Assembly (NCBI RefSeq): GCF_018350175.1 | Contig: NC_058373.1 | Coordinates: forward strand, 104,410,001 to 104,474,000 | DNA length: 64,000 nt | Direction of reading: 5' to 3' | Source: Felis catus | Taxonomy: Eukaryota | Shown here: positions 49,356 through 62,418 of the stretch, in pieces | How the letters are laid out: each line of letters opens with the position of its first letter | Numbering within the stretch: the first letter of the stretch is position 1 | Program-made: the position numbers and the translations under genes | Notes under the pieces: model-generated | What the model was told of the DNA's origin: nothing | Database searches by the model: none | What the model saw: only the letters and a program-made list of their open reading frames with translations

Positions 49356-51182
49356 TAAACTTTGATGAGTTCTAATCTTTTGAATTTGTTTATGGTTTTT
49401 GCTTTTTGTATTCTGAAAAACGTTTGCCTAACTGTTCTGCTGCTTTAAAAAAACTTTTCTTCTAGTGACAAAAATGAATCACTCAGAGATGATACAACTA
49501 TGTACTTAGAAAGACCAAGGCAATCAACTTAACAATTACAAAAGTTAATAAGAAAGTTAAATAAGGTGACCAGAATGAGAGTGAGATGGCAATCTTCTTG
49601 CATTAGTCAGGGAGCTGGCAGAATGCAGCTCCCACATATTAAATATGGCCCATGTATTTAAAAGGGGTGACTCAATGAGCTATTTACTCAGCTGGGGGTT
49701 GGGGTAAGCACTCAGCATCTAAACAGTGGGAAGCCTGGGCCTGAAGTGTCAAATTCTAGAACCCAGGGAGGTTTACAGCTAGACAAAAGATCCATCTGAT
49801 GAGACTGTTGTCTTTGGTAGAGGAATACAGCCACTGTCAGTTAACCTATGACCCGGCAGTGAGGGAGTCAGGTGAATAAGTACTTCAATCTCTCTCTCTT
49901 CCCACCCAGTGAATCTTCTGCTTCCATTGGCCAAAGTCAACTGGAAGCCAGATGGTAAGGAATACCAGCTGACACAGTCAACAAAAATCAGCCTCTCAGA
50001 GCTGACGATTGGTTCATTAGCATGAAAAGAGCCCTAACCTACTAGAGGGAAATCCCAGCTTCCAATTTAACAGAACACCAACTGTGTTTACCCGTGGAAC
50101 CACTTCTCCCTCAGGCAGGATGCTTTACAGAACCATTAAATTCAAGGTTGCGGCATCAATATAAAAAGCCCAAACTCTTTTCGTGGGCTAGTAAATCTAA
50201 TATTGAGAACAGCTACTCCCACATCTATCCCTTGCTTCCTAGACACAAGCATGCTCGAATGGGGAGGCGGCACTGTGTATTTGCTCCTGGTTTACTGCAT
50301 ATACTTTATCTTGTAGAGAGGCACCCACCTGCAGGGTTAGACCCTAGGCTGGCTTTCAGAAATCCCAACCTGCAGCTATGGATATAACAGTTTCTTTCAG
50401 AGCAGTCATAGAGGCTGGTAACTTGTGCGGAACTTTGGCTAGAAATGCAAAGCCCTAAACTCATCAGTTTTTCCTCCAAGCTCTCCAGCTCACCTAAAAG
50501 CAACCAACCTTATACTATATTTCCACTAAAATGTTCTATAGCAGCAACTACTTGGTCATCCAAAGCCTTCACTTTCTGTAGGGACTGGACTCCAGGTGAC
50601 TACAGACCGTACTTTAGATAACACGTTTGTCACTCTGTGCCGTAGACTGTGTACCTTTCACCAATGGAAACATGGCCATCGATGCCTTTAAATCTAACCA
50701 GAGAACTGATACCAGAATCCCACCCTCACCCTTGTGTTCTCCTGGAACTACTTATGTGTCAATAACTTTTTCAATCAAGGCTTAGACAGGAGAACAGGGC
50801 ACCTATGAGAATAATGGGGCAAGGGATTTAGCATAGGAATTAGACTGTACATAATTATGGGGGGAGATACAGAACTGAAGAGCAGGAAGTCATAGTGCTC
50901 TTAAGACAACAGCCTTTCCGGTTTTTACAGCAACTTATGTCCGCTGTGCACAGACATTCTCGCACTCCAGATCCAGCCACTAGAGGAAATTGTATTCTGT
51001 TCTCCTTTGGTTTGTTTCCACAGCAAAGCTATAGACTCTATCAATGAGAGAAAAGCTCATTGTCTTCTTTTTTCCCTTTCAGCCTGTTACATGTTATAGA
51101 ATCCGTTCATTCATTCAGCAAGTATTTCTTAGGCACCCACTGATCTATGAGCTGGAGATACATTATTGAAAAAAATAGATAA

Positions 51183-51295
51183 GGGGTGGCTGGGTGACTC
51201 AGTCGGTTAAGCGCTGGGCTCAGGTCATGATTTCAGGGTGGTGGGATTGAGCCCCATGTCGGGGTCTGTGCTGACAGCACAGAGCCTGCTTGGGA

Positions 51296-51371
<76 letters not shown>

Positions 51372-51420
51372 CTTCTCTCTCTGGCTCACTCTCAAAAAGA
51401 AATAAATATACTTAAAAACT
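51183..51420 (+). mobile_element. Can-SINE with expanded (CT)n and a C32 run
   Basis: SINE head and tail; poly-C at 51339-51370. Confidence 0.9.
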
Positions 51421-53039
51421 TTTTTTAAAATAGGTAAAAAACCCATGCCTTACAGAACTTGCATTCTAATAAGACTATAGGCAATTCAGTTGTTACATAT
51501 GTTGGAAGATGACGAGAAAGGGCTATTGATCGGGAGACCAATAAGCCTGGTAAGCAAATCCCCCAAAATGCACCTGGACATGTTGGCCTCCCTCAGTCTT
51601 ACCCAGCCTTGCCTGGCATGCCTTGTCTTTCACTGCTCTCCAACACTAACCCACCTGTCTACCCAATGGGTCCTTTCTCCTTGTCCTTTCAACAAGCCTT
51701 GTCTTTCCTAAAATCGAGAGTCCCCGCCACCACCACCCCCCGCGGTGTTTCCGTGGGAGCCCCTCCCAGTGCTTCTCGAGGCCTCCCTCTTTGATCATGG
51801 GCTGTGACACATTCTCAAGCTAAGTTTTCAGCCTCATATATTCCCATCACGTTTCCTCCTTCTGCCGCCAGACCCCTTTCGCCTCTCTCACAGGCACACC
51901 ACATCGATGGTGCCTACAGTCCCTGCTTCTGCTCCTGATTTGCAAATTTCTCTTTTCCGTGGGCTGAATCCTGAAGTGAAGCAATGTCTCACTTCACGAG
52001 AAACGGGTCAGGTTGCCAGGGCCCAGAGAATGTGCACCGTTTGGAAATATAAATAAAAATGGCTGCAGGAGATAGATTGAGGTGGGGCAGGGCTTGATCT
52101 GCGAGTGGAGGTCATGCCTTTTCCCTGCGAGAACTTGGCAGGTCTCATCCCCGACCCCCAGAATATTACTCTTCCTGGGAAAGAAAGGGTGATTGCCAAG
52201 GTGCAGATCAAGCAAAAGGCTCTTTCCTGGGCATACTGATGCTCGCCGGTGCCTGGGGCAAAGGCAAGCTTAGTGATGGTTTGTGGACACAGGTCTTAGG
52301 AACCGCCCTTCCTTACATTCATGGGCCGAGGGAGTGATAGGTGTTCCATCTACGCTTGAGAGGTCTAGAGTCAGCACCTGGTCTGAACGCCTGGAAACAT
52401 GCGTGGATCTTGTCTAACGCTGTTACCCAAGGTGAGTAGGGGTCAACACTGCCTGAAGAGCGCACGGGGAGTGGCGGGGGGTGTGGAGTTGGTATGAAGC
52501 TGCCTCAGGCCTCCTTCATTGTACCCCCACCCCCAACTCCGTCAGCCTTCAGCAGTCATACCACCTCCTGTGGGAGTCTGAGCTAAGGGGCGCCAGACTT
52601 AAGCTTGCTTCTGAATAATTTCTGGTCTGCTTTTCACAGTGAAGGCCAATTTCAACTCCAAAGTCAACTCTCAGAAAATTCTCCTGGGAGTCTGCGGAAA
52701 CAGTGTGAAGTCATAAGTACAGGTTGCTTTCCTATTAGTAGTTCCTATTAATATCTGTAGAATGCTTTTAGCCGATGTAAAACACTTCCATGTATACAGC
52801 CCCAGAATGCTTCACAGATGAGAAAGAGCCTCAAAGAGGTCACACAGGAAGTATATGGAAGACCCAGGACTTTGACCCAGATAATTCTGACCCCAAAGCC
52901 AATGCTGTCAATACCATAGCACATTCCATTTTACCCAGTGGGCTGTACAATATTTGCAACCACTCTTTCTAAGAGTATTATTTTGCCTGGGAATTTGTTT
53001 ATAATTCTGATATGATGAAAATATTTTTTTGTGGAATAG

Positions 53040-53165
53040 TAGGAGGCAGCATGTTTTGTTGTAAAGAGCGGTAGATTAAAACCCCTGCGCCTGAATTCAA
53101 GTCCCGGCTTGGCCACTAGATGGCTGTGTGACCCTGAGCCAGCTTGTTAACCTCTCTGGTCTTAG
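53040..53165 (+). mobile_element. MIR 5' part
   Basis: gaggcagcatg...ttcaagtcccggctt.gccact....gctgtgtgaccctgagc. Confidence 0.7.
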
Positions 53166-53419
53166 AGTCTGTTAAACAAGGGTCTCAAACCTGATGACAT
53201 TGGTACTGTTTTGCAACTCTCCAATTTTCAAGTAAACCCCATCCAGTTGGGGAAAGCCCTGTAGGAACCACTGAAGACAGACTCTCTGAAAAAGAAGTTG
53301 AGAATGTCTAGTTCAGAAAGTTCAGAATGTCTAGTTCAGAATGTCCCATCAGAGCTTAACTTCTGTAAATCCAAGATTTGACCTAAAAGGCCTTGGTGGT
53401 ATCTGGATGGCCATAACCT

Positions 53420-53830
53420 TGTGTTCCTTTTTAGTTATCCAGTGTTATGTTGGCTGGGCTCAGCTGTTCTTCTGCTCCCTCTGGGGTCACTCACGTGGCC
53501 GTATGCAGCTGGGGGTTTAGGTGGGGCTACCAAGTCCAAGGTTTCCCTTAAACAGGAAGCTCACACACTGGGGCCTAGGTTCTGGCTATCGGCTGGAGAT
53601 CTCAGCTCCCCTCAACCTGTCTTTCCAGCAGGACAGCTCTGACTTCTTTTCATGGCAACTCTGGGCCTTGAAGAGGGTGAAAATGCAAGTTACAAGGCCT
53701 CTTTAGGCCTCAGCCTGGAAGTCATATAGCATCATTTCTGCTGTACCCAATTGGTCAAAGAAAAGGCCACCCCGCGTTCGAAGGGAGGGAGAAACGACCC
53801 CCTCCGCCTCTTGATGGGAGTAGTGGCGAA
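53420..53830 (-). mobile_element. Old MaLR LTR fragment (MLT1-like)
   Basis: ggctgggctcagctg...aaggcctctttaggcctcagcctggaagtcatatagcatcatttctgc...attggtcaaag motifs. Confidence 0.6.
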
Positions 53831-56322
53831 GCGCCTTTGCAAAAGAGTACACGGCATGCCAGCTTTAGAAACATTCCACAAAAGGGAAAGGAAACTATCC
53901 ATGGAAGAACTGGTGATGCAGGAAAACTGGGTAAGGCCAGAAGACTTGGAATCTCTGGGTGTGCTCCATTTCTCTAAGATCTCTAAGGACCTCCTTAGAG
54001 TACACTCTGATTCCTGAGAAAGCCATGGGCTTTTGGTGGTGCATTGGTTGAATGGATTAGCTTTTACCAGTTGTCTGCTTTAAGCCATCACCCCACGAGA
54101 TCCTTCTCTCTCTTTCTCCTCTCCACCTTGGTCTCCTCCCTGCACCATTTCCCTACCTCTTAACCCCCAGCCCACTCCTGTTGCCCTTCCAAGCCTTTGT
54201 ACGTGAGCTATTCGATTTTTCTGGGGGCTGGGGGCAAGGTATCTGGTGGAGAGCCCTCTTCATCTGCAATTTGAATACATGTGCCCATACATGCTCAAGG
54301 CTGTACCTCTTATGGATTGTTAGAGAACATGTCATCTGGGGACCATAGTTTGGCTGCCGCAAGGTGTTTTGTTTTGTTTTATTTGACTTGTGTTCTTATG
54401 TGCTTACATTCCCAAATGTGTCCATAGACTCCAACAAACTCTGTTGTTTTACATACCAAAGCTGCCCCCTTTTTTCTCGTTTCTATCATCTGCCACGCTC
54501 CTGAGGGCATTTATGTTTGCATCCTTGATCTAGTACAACACCCCAATTTACAGCTGTTTAAGGGAAACAGGATGAGGTGATTGACTTCTCTAACCAAAAC
54601 CACTAACACCCAACCTCGGCTTTCTCATTTATAATCTCTTTTCATCCTTTCAACAACCCAGTGCTAGAGTACATAGATGGGACATCAATATTTTGGAGGT
54701 TAAAAAAGGTCCACAGCTTGGGTTTATTGCTTTCCCTTCCAAAATACTTTTCAATAGGGCATGCAGAGTTGGCCTGGAGCATAAGGAAGGAAAAGTATTT
54801 GCTGTTCCTTAGGTTAGGCCAGCATTTTGCTGGGATTCTGTGGGATCATTTGGACTCTCCCTAAACTCAACCCCTAAGTATAGAGCATACTTCATTTGGT
54901 GTCTTTGAAAAACTCTGAGCAAGTGAAGTTGTTTAGAGATCTCCGTGAGTCACTTCACTTGCAATCTTAGAGCAAATAATAAAAGTAAATGTGAAACTCA
55001 AGTGAGCCTATTACTCTGTGCAAACATCTTTCATCTTGCATTGTAGACTCCTAGAGAATAGGGGCCATTCATTCATTTGCTCAGCATCTATAACAATGAG
55101 TAGAAAATAGTAGGTGCTCAATGAATAGTCGAAAGCATGAGTAGACTCTTGGGGGCGTGTTCCTTAAGTGAGACCTCTTTGCTTTCTCCATGGATTAGTA
55201 GTTAGAGAGTTGGTTGGAGGCCATCTAGGCTGGCCTCTTTTGTAACCTTATACAAACCTCCCCGAACCTCACTTTCTTATCTCTAAAATGAGGTTAGAGA
55301 AAGCAATCGCTTGTGTTTGTTCCAGGTTCAGAATCCTATCATTCTTTCATATCCTATTGTTCCCAGAAATGGGAAAAAGCACTCCAGTCAAATATTTTCT
55401 AAGTTTTGGTATCAGTGTCTCATTTTTTGAGTTTTGGAATTTAAACTCTCTTACAAAAAGAAGGAGTGGCAATCAGTGATTCTTGAGAGAGAAGCTCAGG
55501 AAGTTGGAGAAATACATTGCCTCATGGTAACTATGGAGTGTGAGTCCCTGTGGCTCATTTTTAGTTTACACAGCCAAATCCTGGCACAAATGACAGTCTT
55601 GGGAAGGAGGGAGATAGAAGAGCCTATGGGTTTAGAGAATAAGTCAACTATGAAAAATATCGTACATTTATTTAATAGACTGAAAGGTAGACTGAGACAC
55701 TTATAAACGAGGAGATAATTATTTTTGAAGTTTTCCTGTGTTAGGAAGATAGGCACTTCCTGAATATTCTGCTATGAATGTGAACAAGGACGTAGTGTCT
55801 GGCATCAATAAAACTCTACCGAGTGAGCAAATGTATGAATCAATGAATGATCTATGCTGATTCATTCTTCATTGAGTTTTCTTCATTCTTTGTCTCATGG
55901 TTTGAAAGTTATGCATACTTCTCATACTCTTTTAGTGGTTGCCCTTCTGCTTCCTCCCAGGTACTAGAAAATGTAAGACTCCTTCAGTGTGATTCCCAGT
56001 CTCACTCCAAAGAGGCAGCCACTGTTACGATCTTCTTATTTTTTCCTGACATTTAGAGGTAGATTTTCTATGATGCTAATGAAGCTGAGGTTTAGAGAAA
56101 GTCACTTATATGCTCTAACATTTTGGTACGTATTTAAATGTGAAGTTATTATTTCCTTCCTCCTCCCATGAAGAGGTGCAATATACGCATAAAGAACCGT
56201 GTGATGTTTTTCCAATTTATAGAGACAGAAATCTGGAAAATGTGTGTGGGAATGGATATCAACAGTGTGTGATTAAGGTAGAAGGAATTTTTAAAGTGGA
56301 AAGCCTTAAAAGTGGGGCTGAG

Positions 56323-56410
56323 GGCCCACTCAGTCGTTAAAACATGAGACTCTTGATCTCAGAGTATTGAGTTTGAGCCCTATGTTGCGTGTAGAGCTTA
56401 CTTTAAAAAA
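56323..56410 (+). mobile_element. Short Can-SINE (SINEC_b-like)
   Basis: tRNA-like body ending gtgtagagcttactttaaaaaa; perfect TSD aaaagtggggctgag. Confidence 0.8.
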
Positions 56411-56756
56411 GTGGGGCTGAGGTTGCAGAGGAAGTGGGTGGAGAGAGGGAGAGGAAGAACGGAGGAAAAAGAAGGAGGAAGTCAGAGGCAAAAAAATCTA
56501 CTTGTGGGCAATGGCTTTATCCCATGCCCATGGGTTCTGGGCTTCTCCTGATCTTCCCATCCTTTGTGCCTTTCCTGTGGATTCTGAACTTGCTTAGTCA
56601 GCCCCCACATTTGCAAACACCAATTCCCTGTAATAAATCTCTTAATATACTATTTCCTACTGCTTCTATTTCTCTGGTTAAACTCCACTGCTTAACTTGT
56701 CCCTGATTTCAAAGTGCACTTTTTCAAACTGTTCTCTTCCTGCCTTAGGGTTCTAT

Positions 56757-57180
56757 TTCTTTTTTCTTCTTTCTAAATTTTTAAATTTTTTTAAATTTAA
56801 TTACAAGTTAGTTAACATATAGTGTAATAATGATTTCAGGAATAGAATTTAGTGATTCATCACTTACATATAACATCCAGTGCTCATCCCAACAAATTGC
56901 CTCCTTAATGTCCATCACCCACTGAATACATCCCCCCACCCAACACCCCACCAGCAGTCCTCAGTTTCTTGCCTGCATTTAAGAGTTTCTATGGTCCCCC
57001 TCCCTATTTTTATCTTTTTGCTTCCCTTCCCCTATGTTCATCTATTTTGTTTTTTAAATTCCACATAGGAGTGAAATCATATGATACTGGTCTTTCTCTG
57101 ACTTATTTTGCTTAGCATAATGTACTCATGTTGTTGCAGATGGCAAGATTTCATTCTTTTTGATTGCCAAGCAATATTCC

Positions 57181-57226
<46 letters not shown>

Positions 57227-57950
57227 CATACATACATACATACATACATACATACATACCACATCTTCTTCATCCATTCATCAGTCAATGGACATTTGGG
57301 CTTTTTCCATACTTCGGCTAATGTCAATAGTGTTGCTGTAAACATTGGGGTGCATGGGCCCCTTCGAATCAGCATTTTTGTATCCTTTGGATAAATACCT
57401 AGTAGTGTAATTGCTGGCTTATAGGATAGTTCTAGTTTTATTTTTTTGAGGAATTTCCATACTGTTTTCCAGAGTGGCTGCATCAGTTTGCATTCCCACC
57501 AGCAGTGCAAAAGGGTTCCTCTCTCTGCATCCTCACCAACATCTGTTGTTGCCTGAGTTGTTAATGTTAGCCATTCTGACAGGTGTGAGGTTGTATCTCA
57601 TTGTGGTTTTGATTTGTCTATCCCTGAGGATGAGTGATGTTGAGCATCTTTTCATGTGTCTATTAGCCACCTGGATGTCTTCTGTGGACAAGTGTCTATT
57701 CATGTGTTCTGCCCATTTCTTCACTGGATTATTTGTTTTTTGGGTGTTGAGTTTGGTTAGTTCTTTATCGATTTTGGAAACTAACCCTTTATCTGATATG
57801 TCATTTGCAAATATCTTCCCCCATTCCCTCAGTTGCCTTTTAGTTTTGCTGATTGTTTCTTTCACTGTGCAGAAACATTTTACCTTGATGAGGTCCCAAT
57901 TCATTTTTGCTTTTATTTCTCTTGCCTCTGGAGATATGTCAAGTAAGAAG
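56757..57950 (-). mobile_element. 5'-truncated carnivore L1 with internal (TG)n(TACA)n
   Basis: Frameshifted ORF2 C-terminus (57151..57904); flanking repeat aaactgttctcttcctg(c/t)ctta. Confidence 0.92.
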
Positions 57951-58451
57951 AAACTGTTCTCTTCCTGTCTTATGGCTCTGTTATATTTCTTGATTTATCT
58001 TTTAAGTGTTTTGAAAATTTTTGTTTAGGAGTCTTTCAAAAACAATTACCTTATTAGTACTTCTTGATTGCAAATTCTCCCATTTGTTTCATTGATACCT
58101 CTTTTTTCCTATGGAGCATAGTTTTGAGTATGAACTTAATGTCAGCAGTGGTTTTTTCTCTGTGGAGGTCTGTATGATTTGGGTCGGGGAAGTATCTTTT
58201 TGCTGCATTGTCTCTATAGTGAAGTTCTACCAGGGGCCCAATGAATTGTCATCAGCTGTAGACTATTTCATGCTAATTTACTGCCCTTGAATGTCTGCAC
58301 CTTGCAGATAGTATGAATTCAGATCCCTCGCCCTTGTAGGGCACAAACCTAGCTTTTAATATTTATAGTGACTCTTTTCCCATTGCATGGTCCCAAGCAG
58401 ATTGGGAAGATTCCTTCCACCATCTTTCAGTCAGTGGACAGAATATTTCTC

Positions 58452-58647
58452 TTTTTTTTAAGTTTATTTGTTTATTTTGAGAGAAAGAGAGCATGAGCAG
58501 TGGAGGGGAAGAGAGAGAGAATCCCAAACAGGCTCCACACCACCAGCATGGAGCCCAATGTGGGTCTCAAACTCACAAACTGTGAGATCATGTCCTGAGC
58601 CAAAATCAAGAGTCAGACACTTAAGCACTGAGCCACCAAGGTGTGCC
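58452..58647 (-). mobile_element. Can-SINE (older)
   Basis: TSD tggacagaatatttct. Confidence 0.9.
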
Positions 58648-58864
58648 TGGACAGAATATTTCTATTTGACATTCCTGAATGGGGCATACATGCTGTGACT
58701 CTCAGCTTTCTTCAGGCAGCTCAGGTCTTGATCCAAGCATACATAGAGGCTGGGGCTGGAATCCCTTTTTCTGAGTGCTAGAATCCCAGCCTAAGACATT
58801 ATGGGCTAATCTGGTAACTCAGCTGTTTGGATCAGGCTTGTTCTCCCACCTCTAACTTCTAGGT

Positions 58865-58880
58865 CTTTCTTTCTCTCTCC

Positions 58881-58952
<72 letters not shown>

Positions 58953-59159
58953 TGTGAACGTTTATTTATTTCTGAGAGACAGACAGAGCATGAGCAGGGA
59001 GGGGCAGAGAGAGAGAGAGAGAGAGACACAGAATCTGAAGCAGGCTCCAGGCTCTGAGCTGTCAGCACAGAGCCCGACGCGGGGCTTAAACCTACAAACT
59101 GTGAGTTCATGACCTGAGCTGAAGTTGGAAGCTTAACCAATGGAGCACCCAGGCACCCC
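58865..59159 (-). mobile_element. Can-SINE whose tail became a (TTTC)n STR (about 58881-58951)
   Basis: Direct observation. Confidence 0.9.
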
Positions 59160-60890
59160 AGTTCATACTTTATTTCTGGCGTGGGATGGGTTATCTTTCT
59201 TGGTTTCAATCTTATTGTAATGCGGCATTTGAAGAATAGAGAGATTTCCCTCATCGGTTTAATTCACCATATTGACTAGGAACGCCCTAAGTGTAGTTTA
59301 AGGAAGATTGCAATCCATCCTTAGTAAGTCATGTTCTTCATGTCCAGAGTCTCTAAACAGAGAATTCTCCATTTATTCTTAAAGACCACTTCAAAAGTTT
59401 CATTGGAGAAAGCTCTCCTCGTTCCCCAGAGTCCACCTCTTCCTCCTTATATAATGCTTTTTTCATCCAGAATTTATGCATTACCCTCAGATATGTACAG
59501 ATTATTTTCTACAGTTGAGTATAATCTTCCTCTTGTTCCTTTTTCCCATTCCCCTTAAAACTGGGAAGGAGAAGTCAGTGCTCTGGTTGTTTGAAGAACT
59601 TAAGATTAATTTTATTCTGAGTGAGGAGGTCAGTTTTGATTCCGTGTCCCCTTTTGAGAGGACTGTACTCTAATTTTCTATATTTTCCTCTTTGCAAAGG
59701 CAGTGGCAGGGGAGGGAATGTTGAGAAGAATACATATTGGGGGAGAAGCTACTTCCATTCCTTTCCCCCTTTCTCCCCACCTGGATCTTACACTCTGCCT
59801 CATTCCCTGAATATAGACCCTCTCATGCCCAATGAGGCTCATCAAAGTGTAAGTGACTCAGCAGCCTTAAGTCCCAGAGAGATTTTCAGCCCTTCTGTTT
59901 ATCCCCAAAGGGAGACTGTCACTTACAAAGGACATGGAGACTGGTGAGCCCTTAGAATATAACACAATGCAAGAAAGGAGATAGGTATTCTTAGTAAAAT
60001 ATTGCAGAAGATGTGCAATGGTTTAGTCATCATAGCTGAAAAGTGTTAGTTGTCTTCTAGACACTTTATGTGAGGGCTTCACATGCTTCTCTCTACAGTT
60101 GAGGACATGAATTGACCCCTTCCCATTCTATCCATTAAGGGGCACCAGAGAAGACACAGAATACTTACAACTCACAAAACTCACAGAAAGGCAAGATCCA
60201 GTACCAAGGAGTGAGCACTTGAAGACATACCAAACAGGCTAGAAACGTCACCCAAAGACTTGACATGGTTAGGAAGTTTTCAATGGATGAGAAGCCATTG
60301 GACTGGCTGAACATTCTCTAGGATTGTGTGTGTGTACTTGACCAGCTGACATTAAGGCCGTTTTGTTTTAGGTTTAGCCATGTCTCCCTTTACAGTAGAA
60401 AGCATACTGGCAGAGTTATAGTAGAAAATGAAATGTCATGTGTCAGAGTAAAAACAGCCATCGTTCTGGAAGATTCCAATTTAATCACACTGCTTCTGAT
60501 ATTAAGGCCTCTTGATTCTCTCTATCCCCACCATCGACTGCAGCAAGTCAGATTTCATGGATATGAGCAACCAGCATTGAGCCATTCTTATGATTTATTA
60601 ACTCACCGCACCTTCCAGCAGTATCATGAATAATTTGTGCTGCGCTTAACACATAGAGGAAAGAATGGAACAGTTCATTTTCCATCAGCCAAACCTAAGA
60701 ATGACTTTTTGGCCAGTCAGTTATTATTTGATCAATTGACCCCTCAGTTAACCCTGCACCTGGATTAAAAGATAGTGGATGGTGAAATTAAATTGGACTG
60801 TTTCATGAATCAAGGCATTCACACTGAAGAAAAATATTCCTCTCACAAACTGCAAGACTTTCATAAATTAGTACTGTGAAAATGGGTTCT

Positions 60891-61115
60891 TTTTATTTTA
60901 TTTTATTTTTATATGAAATTTATTGACAAACTGGTTTCCATACAACACCCAGTGCTCATCCCAAAAGGTGCCCTCCTCAATACCCATCACTCACCCTCTC
61001 CTCCCTCCCACCCCCCATCAACCCTCAGTTTGTTCTCAGTTTTTAACAGTCTCTTATGCTTTGGCTCTCTCCCACTCTAACCTCTTTTTTTTTTTTCCTT
61101 CCCCTCCCCCATGGT
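60891..61115 (-). mobile_element. Short young L1 3' UTR insertion
   Basis: Close match to the L1 3' UTR at 12205-12404; TSD aatgggttcttttt. Confidence 0.9.
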
Positions 61116-61124
61116 AATGGGTTC

Positions 61125-61339
61125 TTTTTTAAAAAAAATTTTTTTTCAACATTTATTTATTTTTGGGACAGAGAATGAACGGGAGAGGGGCAGAGAGAGA
61201 GGGAGACACAGAATCGGAAACAGGCTCCAGGCTCTGAGCCATCAGCCCAGAGCCTGACGCGGGGCTCGAACTCCCGGACCGCGAGATTGTGACCTGGCTG
61301 AAGTCGGACGCTTAACCGACTGCGCCACCCAGGCGCCCC
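61125..61339 (-). mobile_element. Young SINEC_Fc
   Basis: TSD gtaatgggttcttttt. Confidence 0.95.
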
Positions 61340-61873
61340 AGTAATGGGTTCTTTTTAAATGATGTTTGGGGTTCCAGCTTAATTTTACACTTTTCTGTGC
61401 TGTTTTAAGGAAATGGTGCTTTATTTACGCTGCTGGGCATAAAACTTTCCTGGTTTATCTGTAATAGCAGAATCTTGTTCTACTTTCTCAACCAAGTAAG
61501 GACAAGGATGATAAAAGCACAATGGGGAAATAACCAAAGACATCTGCTTATCAATTTGCCATTTTTTATAGGCACTGGCCTTGAAATTCGGTGGCAAATG
61601 GGACTTACTAATTTGGGAAGAGAGAACAAATGCCACTACTTTTGTGGAAGCTAATGCCTTTCTCTAGGAAGAGATGAAAAGTTAACTCTAGTGAAAACAG
61701 CAGTGACTAGAAGTCGGCCTGGTTTTAGGCCAGAGATCTACCACAAGCTGAAGTGCAGTCTTGGGACAGGACGCTTCACTCCTCTGGATTTTGATTTTCT
61801 CAACTATACAGTGAGGGAACTTAGATGAGATCTAAGAATCCTTTCCCACTCTGACATTTTATAGTACTAATCA

Positions 61874-61874
<1 letters not shown>

Positions 61875-61911
<37 letters not shown>

Positions 61912-61912
61912 A
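61875..61912. repeat. (GAT)n microsatellite
   Basis: Direct observation. Confidence 0.95.
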
Positions 61913-61971
61913 ATGTGTGTGCACGCTTCTATTCCCCAGTTCCTTCGTGACAAGATGGCATATAACCTCAC

Positions 61972-62418
61972 TGTGGTAGGTGGCCTTTAAGATGGCCCTT
62001 GGTGGCCCTTGTCGGTGCAATTCATACCTTTGTGTAGTCCCTCCAGCCCTTGCCTTGGGTGTGGGCTAGACTTATCGATTCATTTCTAACAAATAGAAAA
62101 CAGTGGAAGTGATGGGATACCCTTTCTGAGATTAGGTTACAAAAAGACTGTGGCTTCCATCTTGTTCACCTGCTCTGAGACAAGCTAACTGCCTTATTGC
62201 AAGCTGCCCTAGGACAGGTTCATGTATGTGACAAGACCCCATGTCTCTGTCCAACAACCAGCAAGGACTGAGTTCTGCCAACAGCTATGTGAGTGAGCTT
62301 GTAGCAGATCCTCTAAGGGACACCTGGATTTCTGATCGCAAAAACTCTGTTAAATGTCTGTTGTTTTAAGACTCTAACTTTGGAGTAATTTTTTATGCAT
62401 CATTAGCTAACTAACATA
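61972..62418 (+). mobile_element. MaLR solo LTR (MLT1F/G-like)
   Basis: tgtggtagg...taagatggccc start, gagattaggttacaaaaagactgtggcttccatctt, and ctaactaacata end. Confidence 0.75.

Larger units (their letters stand above)
47835..49440 (-). mobile_element. Old L1 3' region interrupted by two SINEs
   Basis: Degenerate ORF2 peptide 48248..48544 (MFIAALVLIANDWK) and an L1M-like 3' UTR. Confidence 0.8.

Noticed and set aside
53300..53346. Repeated agaatgtctagttc units as a CRISPR-like or functional array
   Set aside because: Only 2-3 short adjacent units with no spacers, in eukaryotic DNA; simple slippage.
57474..58028. 184-aa hydrophobic plus-strand ORF as a membrane protein
   Set aside because: It is the antisense reading of L1 ORF2.
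59300..60340. Possible old LTR or unique regulatory block
   Set aside because: Composition is LTR-like, but I could not assign a family or boundaries with support.
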